Assembly (NCBI GenBank): GCA_041690395.1
Contig: JAWLHJ010000005.1
Location: 320,001-384,000 of the forward strand
Reading direction: 5' to 3'
From: Longimicrobiales bacterium
GTDB lineage: Bacteria > Gemmatimonadota > Gemmatimonadetes > Longimicrobiales > Gaopeijiaceae
DNA: 64,000 nt
Made by a program: the position numbers and the translations under genes. The notes under the pieces are model-generated. The model was not told the DNA's origin, searched no databases, and worked only from the letters and a program-made list of their open reading frames with translations. Each line of letters starts with the position of its first letter. The first letter of the stretch is position 1. Shown here piece after piece: positions 20,791 through 32,193 of the stretch.

Positions 20791-20984
20791 GCACCGTACC
20801 CGTGATGGGGCCTCCGCCCCGCCGACGTGCGCCTGGTAAGAAAAGTCCAAGCGTGCCGGCCCGGACCGCCGTATCTTGCCCGCGTTCGAGCCGGTCGACG
20901 CTCCGGCTCGCGGGGGGCGTGGCCGGAGGGTGACGACCCCGGCAGGCCGCTGAGCCTGCCAAGGCTCCGAACGAGGGGGAGACG

Positions 20985-21383
20985 ATGGCGATCAACTGGA
21001 TCGCGGTGGTGGTGGCTGCGGGGTCGACGTTCCTGCTGGGCGGGCTCTGGTACGGTCCGCTGTTCGGCAAATCCTGGATGGGCGCATCGGGCATGACCGA
21101 GGAGCGCGCGGCTCAGGGCAACATGGCGAAGATCTTCGGCGTGTCCTTCCTCCTCCAGCTGGTCGCGGCCACGGTGCTCGCGGCCTTCCTGGGACCGGAG
21201 GACGTCATGGCGTTCGGACCGGCCGTCGCTGCGGCCGCGTCGATCGGAATCGCCTGGGTCGCGCCGGCCTTCGGCGTTGTCTACCTCTTCGAGCAGAGGC
21301 CCTTCAAGCACTTCGCGGTGAACGCCGGCTACCACGTCGTCTCGTTCATCGTGATGGGGCTCATCATCGCGGCCTGGCGGTGA
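20985..21383 (+). CDS. DUF1761 membrane protein
   Basis: 'INW.AVVVA...LGGLWYGPLFGKSW', 'YLFEQRP...NAGY'. Confidence 0.85.
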   Translation: MAINWIAVVVAAGSTFLLGGLWYGPLFGKSWMGASGMTEERAAQGNMAKIFGVSFLLQLVAATVLAAFLGPEDVMAFGPAVAAAASIGIAWVAPAFGVVYLFEQRPFKHFAVNAGYHVVSFIVMGLIIAAWR

Positions 21384-22231
21384 GCACGACGCCGGGCGCT
21401 TTCTCGGCGCCCGTGTTCCTCGCCGAGCTTCCCTCGCCCACCCTCGCCCCGTTCGTGGAGCTCATCTGGGGCGTGCGGGCTGGACCGATCGCCTTTCAGG
21501 AAGCGGTCATCCCGAACGGCGCGACAGAGCTCATGGTGAACTTCGGCCCGACGCAGAAGGTGTGGGCCTACGGGAGCCGCGCGGTCGACGAAGACTTCGG
21601 CCGCTTCTGGCTGGCAGGGGTGCAGGACCAGCCGCTCGTCATCGGTTCTCCCGAAGGGTGCGACCACTTCGGTGTCCGCTTCCGCCCCGGGGGCGCGCAC
21701 GCGTTCTTCGGGTTGCCCATGAGCGAGATGACCGGCCGGGTCGTCGATCTGGACCTCGTGGTGGGGCGGGCCGCGGCCGTGGAGCTTCGCGATCGGCTCA
21801 TCGGGCTTCCGAGCCACGGGGCCCGGGCGCGGGAGGCCGAGGCCTGGCTTCTGGAGCGGCGCTATGCCGTTCACCCCTACTACGCGACTGTGCGGCGGGC
21901 CCTCGATCTCGTCCATGCATCGGACTTCCGCATGGGTGTCGGAGAGATGTGCGCGAGGCTCGGCTTGTCGAACCGGCATCTCATCGACCAGTTCCGTGAG
22001 GTCGTGGGCCTCACGCCGAAGACCGCGAGCCGGATCCAGCGCTTCCATGCCGTCGTCGCGGCGGTCGCGGGCGTCCCTGCCGCCGATGTCTCGTGGTCAC
22101 GACTGGCGGTGCGGTTCGGGTACGCGGACCAACCCCACCTCGTGCAGGAGTTCCGGCGGTTCGCGGGCGTCACTCCGGGCGCCTTCCTCCGGCGACGGAC
22201 GGAGGACCACCAGCACGTCGTCGTCGAATAG
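21380..22231 (+). CDS. AraC family regulator (DUF6597-type N-terminus)
   Basis: 'GVRFRPGG', 'FREVVGLTPK', 'GYADQPHLVQEFRRFAGVTP'. Confidence 0.9.
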   Translation: MSTTPGAFSAPVFLAELPSPTLAPFVELIWGVRAGPIAFQEAVIPNGATELMVNFGPTQKVWAYGSRAVDEDFGRFWLAGVQDQPLVIGSPEGCDHFGVRFRPGGAHAFFGLPMSEMTGRVVDLDLVVGRAAAVELRDRLIGLPSHGARAREAEAWLLERRYAVHPYYATVRRALDLVHASDFRMGVGEMCARLGLSNRHLIDQFREVVGLTPKTASRIQRFHAVVAAVAGVPAADVSWSRLAVRFGYADQPHLVQEFRRFAGVTPGAFLRRRTEDHQHVVVE

Positions 22232-22361
22232 GAGGGACCCCCGGCCCGGGCGCCGTTGAGCCCGTTCCCGCGTCCGGATAGCTTGGGGGTCCCCGCGTGG
22301 GGGAGCTTCCGCACCGGAGCCCGCTCGCGCGCCGCACGCACACGCCGACCCCCGCCTCCGC

Positions 22362-23717
<1,356 letters not shown>

Positions 23718-23908
23718 CCGCCCCAGTGGTACCAGGCCGAGGATCGTGAAGACCCACTGCACCACCCGCCTCGCTACCGTGGCGAAGCTCCGACCCGCGG
23801 GTGCCCACGAGGCGGACGATCGCGGATGACGGCGGCTGTCGTGCCGGCCTGCCGCTCCACCTATGTTGCCCCCCGTTCCGTCGTCGTCCCAGCCAGCCAC
23901 CGGACCCG

Positions 23909-25357
23909 ATGCGACTACTCGCCGAGATCTGGCCCTATATCCTGGCCGCCCTCATTCCGGTCGTCCAGGCGACCGCGACGGCGCACGTGATCCTCCGTAA
24001 GCGGAACGTGCGCTCGGCCGTGGGCTGGGTTGGTCTGATCTGGCTGGCACCGGTGGTGGGGGTGGTCGCTTACACGACGTTGGGTGTGAACCGGATCCAG
24101 CGACGGGCGCAGACGCTGCGAACGCAGGGCGGAGGTTACCGCGAGTGGATCGCGGGAGGCGCGGTGGGACGTGCCTTCCTCGAGAGCTGCGGGGCCGACG
24201 ACCGCGGCTATCTGGCGGACCTGGCCACCCTTGGAGACCGCGTGTCGGGCCGGCCGCTCCTCGGAGGCAACCGGGTGGTGCCGCTGGCGGAGGGGGACCA
24301 GGCCTATCCAGCCATGTTGGACGCCATCGAGGGTGCCACGACCTCCGTGAGTCTCGCCAGCTACATCTTCGATGCCGGCCCGGTCGGCGACCGCTTCGTC
24401 GAAGCGCTGGGGGCGGCGCGGGCCCGAGGCGTCGACGTACGGGTTCTGGTGGACGACGTCGGTGCCCGCTACTCGAGGCCACGGATCGCGCGTCGGCTGC
24501 GACGTCGGGACGTGCGCGTCGCGCATTTCATGCCGGGGCTGCTTCCGTGGCGTATGCCGTATTTCAACCTGCGGAATCACAGGAAGATCATGGTCGTGGA
24601 CGGGCGCACCGCCTTCACGGGCGGTATGAACATCCGCGACGAATTCTGGAAGGGCATGGATCCCCATCACTTCGCGCGGGACCTGCACTTCCGGATCGAG
24701 GGACCGGTCGTCTGTGAGATCCAGGAGGCGTTCGCCGAGGACTGGACCTTCACGACCGGAGAGCGTCTCGAGGGCGAGGTGTGGTTCCCGCCTCTCGTGT
24801 CCGTCGGCGACGTGGTTGCGCGAGGCATCTTCGACGGCCCCGACATCGACTATGAGAAGCTCGAGACCGTCATGCTTGGAGCGCTCGCGGTCGCCCGGCG
24901 CTCGGTTCGGATTCTCACGCCCTACTTCCTGCCGGATCCGGCGTTGCTGTCAGCGCTGAGCGTGGCGGCCCTGCGGGGCGTGAACGTCGAGGTCGTCGTG
25001 CCGGCCGAGAACAACCTCTCGCTCGTGCAGTGGGCGAGCACGGCCCAACTCGACCAGATGATCGAGAAAGGGGTGCGCGTGTACGCCTCACCACCGCCCT
25101 TCGATCATAGCAAGCTGATGGTCGTGGACGAATGCTGGACCCTCGTCGGCTCGGCGAACTGGGACCCGCGCAGCCTTCAGTTGAACTTCGAATTCAACGT
25201 GGAATGCTACGATCCCGCGCTCGGCGCGAGCATGACGGCTCTGTTCGCGGAGCGTCGAGACGCCTCGGAACCGATCACCCTCGAGGCGCTCCATGCGCGT
25301 CCAATGCCCGTGAAGCTGCGCGACGGCGTTGCCCGGCTGTTCTCGCCGTACCTCTAA
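23909..25357 (+). CDS. cls: Cardiolipin synthase (PLD family)
   Basis: Two HKD motifs 'NHRKIMVVD', 'HSKLMVVD'; N-terminal TM pair; ends 'LFSPYL'. Confidence 0.9.
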   Translation: MRLLAEIWPYILAALIPVVQATATAHVILRKRNVRSAVGWVGLIWLAPVVGVVAYTTLGVNRIQRRAQTLRTQGGGYREWIAGGAVGRAFLESCGADDRGYLADLATLGDRVSGRPLLGGNRVVPLAEGDQAYPAMLDAIEGATTSVSLASYIFDAGPVGDRFVEALGAARARGVDVRVLVDDVGARYSRPRIARRLRRRDVRVAHFMPGLLPWRMPYFNLRNHRKIMVVDGRTAFTGGMNIRDEFWKGMDPHHFARDLHFRIEGPVVCEIQEAFAEDWTFTTGERLEGEVWFPPLVSVGDVVARGIFDGPDIDYEKLETVMLGALAVARRSVRILTPYFLPDPALLSALSVAALRGVNVEVVVPAENNLSLVQWASTAQLDQMIEKGVRVYASPPPFDHSKLMVVDECWTLVGSANWDPRSLQLNFEFNVECYDPALGASMTALFAERRDASEPITLEALHARPMPVKLRDGVARLFSPYL

Positions 25358-27999
25358 GCGCCCGCGCCGAGCGCACGCGCCAGCACCTGCAGGAGCGTGC
25401 CCGCCGTGTACGGCTTTGGGATGAAGGCCTTCACTCCCGAGTCCGCCGCGCGGACCAAGCCCCCGTCCGTCCCGATGCCGCTCGCGGCCACGATGCGGAC
25501 GTCCGGGTCCATCCGCCTCAGAGCGCGGATCAGGGTCGACCCGTCCATGATGGGCATCATGAGGTCGGTCAAAACGAGGTCGACGTCGTCTCCGCGCCTA
25601 CCGTACAGTGCGACCGCGTCGGCACCGTCCGTCGCGGTGAGCACCCTGTAGCCGAAGGCTTCGAGGGTCTGCCGGGTGATGTCTCGTACCGAAGCTTCGT
25701 CGTCGACCACCAGGATCAGCTCTTCGTTGCCCCGAGGGAGCTCGGCCTCGGGCGGACGAGGGGCCAGCGACTCCCCGTCGGTTCCGCCGGCGGGCAGGTA
25801 CACCCGGAACGTCGTCCCGCGTCCGGGCTCGCTGTAGACGTTCACGAATCCATCGTGTCCGCGGACGATGGCCGCCACCGTGGAGAGGCCGAGCCCCGTG
25901 CCCTTCCCGACCTCCTTGGTCGTGAAGAACGGGTCGAAGACCTGTTGGACGACCCCGGGCGGCATGCCCTCACCGGTGTCGATCACGGAGAGCCGAACAT
26001 ACGGCCCGGGCTCGGCCTGGCCGCTGAGCTCGGCGTAGTGCTCGTCGATGGAGACGTTCGCAGCGTCCAGCCGAAGCGTTCCTCCGTCAGGCATGGCGTC
26101 ACGCGCGTTGACGAAGAGGTTGAGGAGTACCTGGTGGATCTGGGTCGGGTCTCCGAGGAGCGGCCACAGGTCGTCGGGGAGGTCGTTACGAAGCGTGATG
26201 TTCTTCGGAAAAGTGTCCCGTACGACGCGCCCCACGTCGGTCGCGACACGCTTCACGTCCAGGGCGACCCGCGCGCTCTCCACACCCCGCGCGAACGAGA
26301 GTACCTGCCGCACCATGTCGGCCCCACGCCGGGCGCTGTCTTCGATGGTCTCGAGGGTTTCGCGCGTCTCGGCGTCCTCGGCGTCCAGCTTCAGCAGCTC
26401 GATGGAGAGGAGGATGGGCGCGAGCACGTTGTTCAGATCGTGGGCGATGCCGCTCGCGAGTGTGCCGATGCTTTCCATGCGCTGGGCCCTGAGGAACTGA
26501 GCCAGCAGCTTCTTCCGCTCGGTCACGTCCGTGTTGATCGCGAGAATGCGGCCGGGCTCACCGTCGTCGTCGCGGACGAGCGTCCAGCGTCCCTCGACCG
26601 TGATCGTCGTGCCGTCCTTGCGAACCTGCTCCAGCTCGCCGACCCACTCTCCCCGGTCAAGCACCGTCGACGTGGCCGCCCGGAACGCCTCCGGAGCCTC
26701 ATAGAGGAGCTCTTCGACCCGGCGTCCGACGGCTTCCTCCGTGGACCATCCGTAGAGCCGCTTCGCGCTCGGGTTCCAGAACGTGATCGTATGGTCGAGC
26801 TCACGGACGATGATGGCGTCCTGGGCCTTGGCCAGGAGCTCCGCCTGCTCCCGAACCCGCCGCTCGGCTTCCACCCGGTCGGTCTCGTCGGACATGCCGC
26901 CGACCATGCGGAGGGGCTCGCCGTCGTCGTCGCGCACGACGTAGCCACGATCATGCACGCGCGCGTACCCACCGTCCCCGCGAAGGAAGCGGTATCGATC
27001 CTCCCAGCTCTCCCCGCCCCCGTCGATCGCCGTCTGGATGCTGGTCACGACACGTGCATGGTCCTCAGGGTGAACACGGGCGGTCCACGACGAGGAGTCC
27101 CGCGCCATGTCGTTGTGAGCGAGGCCGAAGGTCCGCTGCAGCCCTTCGCTCCACCACACGGCGTCGGTGCGGAGGTCCCAGTCCCAGATGGCGTCGGCGG
27201 TGGCGCGGGCCACGCGCTGGAAGCGCTCGCCGTTCTCCCGGATCAGCTCCGCCGCGCGACGCTCGTCGGATACGTCCCGGAAGTAGACGGCCAACCCTTC
27301 GGCCGACGGGTATGCGCGGACTTCGAACCAGCGACCGAGGGGATCGTAAAGTTGGTTGAAACGGACCGCCTCGCGGCTCTCCACGGCGCGAGTGTACATG
27401 ACCTCCCACTGGGTGCCGCGGGCGTCGGGGAACCGGTCCCAGATGCGCGCACCGAGGAGCTCGTCGCGGGGCCGCTCGAGGAGCCGCTCGGCCTCCTGGT
27501 TCACGTAGGAGAATCGCCATTCGCGGTCGAGCGTGAAGAACGCATCGGTGATGCTCTCCAGGATCGTGGCCAGCCGCTGGGCGAGCTCACGAGACCGCTG
27601 CTCGCTCTGCGCCAGCCGCTCCTTCGCCTCCCGCCGATCGGTGTGGTCCTCGATGACTGCGACGGCGCGTGCCGGCTCGTCGCCTTCCCCCTGGACCACG
27701 GAGACGCTCACCCGGCCCCAGAGTGAGCCGCCGTCGGGTCGCACGAAGCGCTTTTCGAGCACGAAGCCGTCGCGAACCCCTTCCAGCACCTCATTGTAGA
27801 GAACGAGATTCGCCTCTCGGTCCTCGTCGTGCGTGAGGTCGAGGAAGGACCGACCCTCGATCTCGTCGGGCCTCCGCCCGACCATGGTTCGAAACGCGGA
27901 GTTGGCGTATTCGATCCTGGTGTCCGCGCCAGCGATCGCGACACCCGTCGTCCAGCGTTCGAACGCGTCCTCCCAGGGCGTCTGCGGTGGCGTTGGCAT
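25354..27999 (-). CDS. Multi-PAS hybrid sensor histidine kinase/response regulator
   Basis: Four PAS domains, 'GIAHDLNN', 'FDPFFTTKEVGKGTGLGL', C-terminal REC 'LVLTDLMMP'. Confidence 0.95.
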   Translation of the reverse strand: MPTPPQTPWEDAFERWTTGVAIAGADTRIEYANSAFRTMVGRRPDEIEGRSFLDLTHDEDREANLVLYNEVLEGVRDGFVLEKRFVRPDGGSLWGRVSVSVVQGEGDEPARAVAVIEDHTDRREAKERLAQSEQRSRELAQRLATILESITDAFFTLDREWRFSYVNQEAERLLERPRDELLGARIWDRFPDARGTQWEVMYTRAVESREAVRFNQLYDPLGRWFEVRAYPSAEGLAVYFRDVSDERRAAELIRENGERFQRVARATADAIWDWDLRTDAVWWSEGLQRTFGLAHNDMARDSSSWTARVHPEDHARVVTSIQTAIDGGGESWEDRYRFLRGDGGYARVHDRGYVVRDDDGEPLRMVGGMSDETDRVEAERRVREQAELLAKAQDAIIVRELDHTITFWNPSAKRLYGWSTEEAVGRRVEELLYEAPEAFRAATSTVLDRGEWVGELEQVRKDGTTITVEGRWTLVRDDDGEPGRILAINTDVTERKKLLAQFLRAQRMESIGTLASGIAHDLNNVLAPILLSIELLKLDAEDAETRETLETIEDSARRGADMVRQVLSFARGVESARVALDVKRVATDVGRVVRDTFPKNITLRNDLPDDLWPLLGDPTQIHQVLLNLFVNARDAMPDGGTLRLDAANVSIDEHYAELSGQAEPGPYVRLSVIDTGEGMPPGVVQQVFDPFFTTKEVGKGTGLGLSTVAAIVRGHDGFVNVYSEPGRGTTFRVYLPAGGTDGESLAPRPPEAELPRGNEELILVVDDEASVRDITRQTLEAFGYRVLTATDGADAVALYGRRGDDVDLVLTDLMMPIMDGSTLIRALRRMDPDVRIVAASGIGTDGGLVRAADSGVKAFIPKPYTAGTLLQVLARALGAGA

Positions 28000-28061
28000 T
28001 CCGCATAGTACCCCTGAGCCGCTCCTCGATCCAGCCGGCGCACGAGGCGCGTCGGTTCAGC

Positions 28062-28844
28062 CTAGCCGTTCCCCCGCAGGAGCAGCACGAGTCCCATCCC
28101 CACACCCATCGCCACGACGACCCACCGGAGCTTCCGCTGGTCGAACTGCTGGATGAACGTTCCGGTCGCGTAACCGCCCAGCGTCGAGCCGATCGCCATG
28201 ACGATGGCCACCGGCCAAACCAGCACGCCGGCCACGACGAAGTAGAGGACCGCGACGCCCTTGATCGCGACGGCCAGCACGTTCTTCCACGCGTTCGCCT
28301 CGTGGAGGTCGTGCATGCCCATGAGGCCGAGGCTCGTCAGCATCAGGATCCCCATGCCGGCTCCGAAGTAGCCGCCGTACACGGAGATCACGAACTGCAC
28401 CGACATGGTGAGCACCAGCCAACCCTTGCCCCGGTGCGCCTCGTGGCCGGGTGAGCGGAGCCAGCGCCGGACTACGGGCTCGGCCGCGACCATGCCCGAG
28501 GCTACGATCACCAGCCAGGGCGCCATCGCGCCGAACCAGGTCGGCGGGAGGGCCAGCAGGAGCCAGGCCCCGATGCCGCCGCCCACGAGGGAGGGCACGG
28601 CGAACCACCACCAGTGACGGTCCGCCTCGCGGAGCGCGGTGCGGTAGCTCCAGGCCGCGCCCGCCGATCCGGGCCAGAGACCGACGCCGTTCGTCGCGTT
28701 CGCGGCCACGGGCGGAATGCCCAGCCAGATGAGGATCGGGAACGAGAGGTTCGTACCCCCTCCCGCGACCGCGTTTCCGGCGCCCGCCAGGAGCGCGGCA
28801 CCGAAGGCGGCGACGAGGAGGAACGGGTCGGTAGCGTCGATCAA
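28062..28844 (-). CDS. Sulfite exporter TauE/SafE family protein
   Basis: 'NAVAGGG', 'ANATN', '[10 protein letters not shown]'; start uncertain (TTG chosen). Confidence 0.85.
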   Translation of the reverse strand: MIDATDPFLLVAAFGAALLAGAGNAVAGGGTNLSFPILIWLGIPPVAANATNGVGLWPGSAGAAWSYRTALREADRHWWWFAVPSLVGGGIGAWLLLALPPTWFGAMAPWLVIVASGMVAAEPVVRRWLRSPGHEAHRGKGWLVLTMSVQFVISVYGGYFGAGMGILMLTSLGLMGMHDLHEANAWKNVLAVAIKGVAVLYFVVAGVLVWPVAIVMAIGSTLGGYATGTFIQQFDQRKLRWVVVAMGVGMGLVLLLRGNG

Positions 28845-29032
28845 AGGTCTTCCCTGGAGGGCGGCGGAGTCGGTGGCGAGGTCGGCCCGGAAGATATATC
28901 GCGTGGCCCCCGCGCTGTACACACGGCGTCCGGCCTTTTATCCTATGCGTCTGCCTACGTCACGGACTCGCTGGACGTGGGCTCGCTCCGCACAGCGCGG
29001 GGCCACGTGTTCACGCCAGAAACTCTGATAAG

Positions 29033-29578
29033 ATGCCCGTACGTATCCGACTCCGGCGGATGGGCCGGAAGAAGCAGCCCCATTATCGCGTCGTCGTGGC
29101 CGACAGCCATTCGCCGCGCGACGGCCGGTTCGTCGAGAACCTGGGCTACTACAAGCCGCTCGCCCATCCCGCCCGCCTCGTACTCGACCTCGAGCGGGTC
29201 GACTACTGGCTGAGCGAGGGTGCCGACCCGTCCGCCACCATGAAGTCCCTCATCGCCAAGGCCCGCGCGGGCGGCGACGAGACGGTGGCGATCGGCGCGG
29301 AAGACGCCGAGGAGCAGAAGGCGAAGCGCGCCGAGGAGATCGCGGCCAAGCGAGCCGCCGAGGAGAAGGCGCTCGCGGAGAAGGCGGCTGAAGAGAAGGC
29401 GGCCGCCGAGAAGGCCGCAGCCGAGGAGAAGGCTGCCGCCGAAGCCGCGACAGCCGAGGCCGCCGCCGAAGAAGCTGCGACCGACGAGGCCGCGACGGCC
29501 GAAGCCGCCGCCGCGGAGTCCGTGGCCGAGGAAGCCGAGCCGGCTCCCTCCGAGGCCGACGCCGAGAAGGCCGAGTAA
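29033..29578 (+). CDS. rpsP: 30S ribosomal protein S16 with long Ala/Glu/Lys-rich tail
   Basis: '[36 protein letters not shown]'. Confidence 0.97.
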   Translation: MPVRIRLRRMGRKKQPHYRVVVADSHSPRDGRFVENLGYYKPLAHPARLVLDLERVDYWLSEGADPSATMKSLIAKARAGGDETVAIGAEDAEEQKAKRAEEIAAKRAAEEKALAEKAAEEKAAAEKAAAEEKAAAEAATAEAAAEEAATDEAATAEAAAAESVAEEAEPAPSEADAEKAE

Positions 29579-29591
29579 CCAGGCCTTCCAC

Positions 29592-30143
29592 ATGTCGCCG
29601 GGAGAGCGCCCCGACCCGCGCCATCTGGTCGTGGGGCACCTGGCGAAGGCGCACGGCATCAAGGGCGAGATGTTCGTCCAGCCGCTGACCGACCACCCCG
29701 AGGGGACATACGCCCCCGGGGTGGTCGTGTCTTTGGGGCGGAAGGAGGGGGACGGTCCGGATCCGGACCTGCCGCCGCTGCGCATCGAGTCCGTGCGCCC
29801 GTTCCGCGACGGCTTCCTGGTCGTGTTCCACGGCCTCGACGACCGGAATCAGGCCGAGTTGCTGCGGGGCACGTATGCCTACCGCGAGGCCTCCGAGCTC
29901 GAGCCGCTGGCCGAGGGCGAGCTCTTCTACCACGACCTCGTGGGCATGGAGATCGTTCTGCCGAACGGCGAGCACGTCGGCGAGGTCACGCACGTGTTCG
30001 AGATGCACCCGGCGGATCTACTCGAAGTCCGGGGTAGGGAGAAGGAGTACATGATTCCCTTCCTCGAGCGCATCGTCGTGGAGATCGACGCGGTCCGCGG
30101 TCGCATCGTGATCGACCCGCCGGAAGGGCTCCTGGATCTCTAG
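29592..30143 (+). CDS. rimM: Ribosome maturation factor RimM
   Basis: 'AHGIKGE', 'FYHDLVG', 'IPF...V.EID...IVIDPPEGLL'; synteny. Confidence 0.95.
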   Translation: MSPGERPDPRHLVVGHLAKAHGIKGEMFVQPLTDHPEGTYAPGVVVSLGRKEGDGPDPDLPPLRIESVRPFRDGFLVVFHGLDDRNQAELLRGTYAYREASELEPLAEGELFYHDLVGMEIVLPNGEHVGEVTHVFEMHPADLLEVRGREKEYMIPFLERIVVEIDAVRGRIVIDPPEGLLDL

Positions 30144-30159
30144 CAGGTCGCGTGCACCC

Positions 30160-30828
30160 ATGCGCATCAACATCGTCTCGATTTTCCCCGGCTTCTTCGA
30201 GGGCCCGCTCGGCCTCTCGATCCCGAAGCGGGCGGCGGAGGCCGGCCTCGTCACCTACCGGCTGGTCGACCTGCGCGACTTCACGCACGATCCGCACCGG
30301 ACGGTGGACGACGTGCCGTACGGCGGAGGGGCGGGGATGGTCATGAAGCCCGAGCCGTTCTTCGAGGCGGTCGACGAGATCCGGCCGAAGGGCCCCGTCG
30401 TGCTCCTGTCCGCGCGCGGGCGTCCGTTCCGACACGAAGACGCGGTGCGCTACAGCGTCTCGCCCGAGCTGACGCTGCTGTGCGGCCACTACAAGGACGT
30501 CGATCAGCGCGTGGCCGACCATCTGGCGACCGAAGAGGTCTCGCTCGGCGACTTCGTGCTCTCGGGCGGGGAGATCGGCGCGCTGGCGATCACGGACGCG
30601 GTAGTGCGACTGCTCCCGGGAGCCATGGGCGACCACGACGCAGCCGCGACCGACTCGTTCTACGACGACGACCGTTCGCTCAGCGCTCCGTCCTACACGC
30701 GGCCCGCGGAGTACCGGGGCCACGAGGTCCCCGAAGTCCTGCGGTCGGGGGATCACGCGCGGATCGCTGCCTGGCGGAAGGCCCAGGCCGAGCGGCTCAC
30801 CCGTGACCGACGCCCCGACCTGATTTGA
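30160..30828 (+). CDS. trmD: tRNA (guanine-N1)-methyltransferase TrmD
   Basis: 'VDDVPYGGGAGMVMK', 'SLGDFVLSGGE', 'YTRP'. Confidence 0.97.
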   Translation: MRINIVSIFPGFFEGPLGLSIPKRAAEAGLVTYRLVDLRDFTHDPHRTVDDVPYGGGAGMVMKPEPFFEAVDEIRPKGPVVLLSARGRPFRHEDAVRYSVSPELTLLCGHYKDVDQRVADHLATEEVSLGDFVLSGGEIGALAITDAVVRLLPGAMGDHDAAATDSFYDDDRSLSAPSYTRPAEYRGHEVPEVLRSGDHARIAAWRKAQAERLTRDRRPDLI

Positions 30829-32171
30829 CGGGGCGCACCCGGACCCGCATATGTGTCCGGTTCCGACCATCCCCTCGCCGGAGGCATCTCTTGCGCGTCT
30901 TCGTCGTGATCGGCACGGCGCTCTTCGGCGCCGCGCTCCTGCTTCCCGAGCGGGCGCCCGTGGTTTCCGCCCTCACCGGGGCTCCGGTGCCGGGCGTCGG
31001 CCTGGAGCATTCTCTCGGATATCTGGTCCTGGCGCCGATCTTCGGGGTCATGGACTACCTCACCGTGCTCACCATGCCCCAGCACGTCACCTGGATCGTC
31101 AGCGTCTTTCTGGCGTTCGGCGTCTGGCGCGTGGCCCGTCGACGCACACCCCGCGGGTGGGGCGTGCGCGGGCTGATCGAAGGTGGGGCCCTCGCGGGCT
31201 TCACCGTCGCCCTGGCCGCCTTCGTCCTGGCGGGCGCGCTCGCCTACCGGCCGATGGCGCGTCTGGTCGTGGACGATCCGGACATCGTGGTGGTCGACTT
31301 CCACAGCCACACCCGCGGCTCGCACGACGGCCGCTGGGACTTCACGGCCGAGCGGAACCGGAGCTGGCATCGAGGGGCAGGGACGCACGTCGCCTTCATC
31401 GCCGATCACGACAGCGTGGCGCCCGTGCTCCGCGCCATGGCCCGCAACCCGCGTCGTGCGGGGGACGGCACCGTGGTCCTCCCGGCCCGTGAGTTCGTGT
31501 ACGCGGGCCAGCACGTGGTCGCGTTGGGCACAGTCGATCCGCGCGCCCGTGCCGAGGCACGCGCGTGGCAGCCGGACCCGACGGCTCCGCCGGGGCCGCA
31601 CGCCGTCGGCGACGACGGCCCCGGCACGCGTTGGTGCGACGGGTGGCCGGTCCTCATCCAGACCATTCCGAACGATCTCGGGCGGGTGCCGGTCCCGTCT
31701 TGCGGGCCGGGCGGGGCGGGTGTCGAGGCCATCGAGCTCCTGGACGGCGATCCCCGCGGTCTGCTGCAGAGCGACGTCGAGCGTGAGCGGATCCTGGCGA
31801 TCGCCGACAGCCTGGGCCTGGCTCTCGTGTCCGCGTCGAACCTGCACGGGTGGGGTGCCACCGCGGCGAGCTGGAACCTGATCCGGATCCCGGGATGGCG
31901 GGACATGACTCCGGAAGCCGTGGGGGCGCGCATAGAGTGGTTGCTCCGCTACGGAGGGCGCGACGCGGTGGAGGTCGTCGCCTACCGGCGCCCCTCGATG
32001 GCCATGGCCGGCGAAGGGAGAATGGCCGCGCTGGGTGCGACGGTCTCGCTCCCCGCCCACTTCGCCGCCCAGCGGAGTCGGGCGGAGCGGGTGTCGTGGC
32101 TGGTTTGGATGGCCCTGGCGCTCCTGGCGGGGCTGGCGCTCGAGCGGAGACGCACGACCCCGCGCGCTTGA
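30825..32171 (+). CDS. Membrane-anchored PHP-like metallophosphoesterase domain protein
   Basis: 'VVDFHSHT..SHDG', 'FIADHD'; N- and C-terminal TM segments. Confidence 0.65.
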   Translation: MTGRTRTRICVRFRPSPRRRHLLRVFVVIGTALFGAALLLPERAPVVSALTGAPVPGVGLEHSLGYLVLAPIFGVMDYLTVLTMPQHVTWIVSVFLAFGVWRVARRRTPRGWGVRGLIEGGALAGFTVALAAFVLAGALAYRPMARLVVDDPDIVVVDFHSHTRGSHDGRWDFTAERNRSWHRGAGTHVAFIADHDSVAPVLRAMARNPRRAGDGTVVLPAREFVYAGQHVVALGTVDPRARAEARAWQPDPTAPPGPHAVGDDGPGTRWCDGWPVLIQTIPNDLGRVPVPSCGPGGAGVEAIELLDGDPRGLLQSDVERERILAIADSLGLALVSASNLHGWGATAASWNLIRIPGWRDMTPEAVGARIEWLLRYGGRDAVEVVAYRRPSMAMAGEGRMAALGATVSLPAHFAAQRSRAERVSWLVWMALALLAGLALERRRTTPRA

Positions 32172-32193
32172 GCCGCCGGGGGTACCCCGGCTG

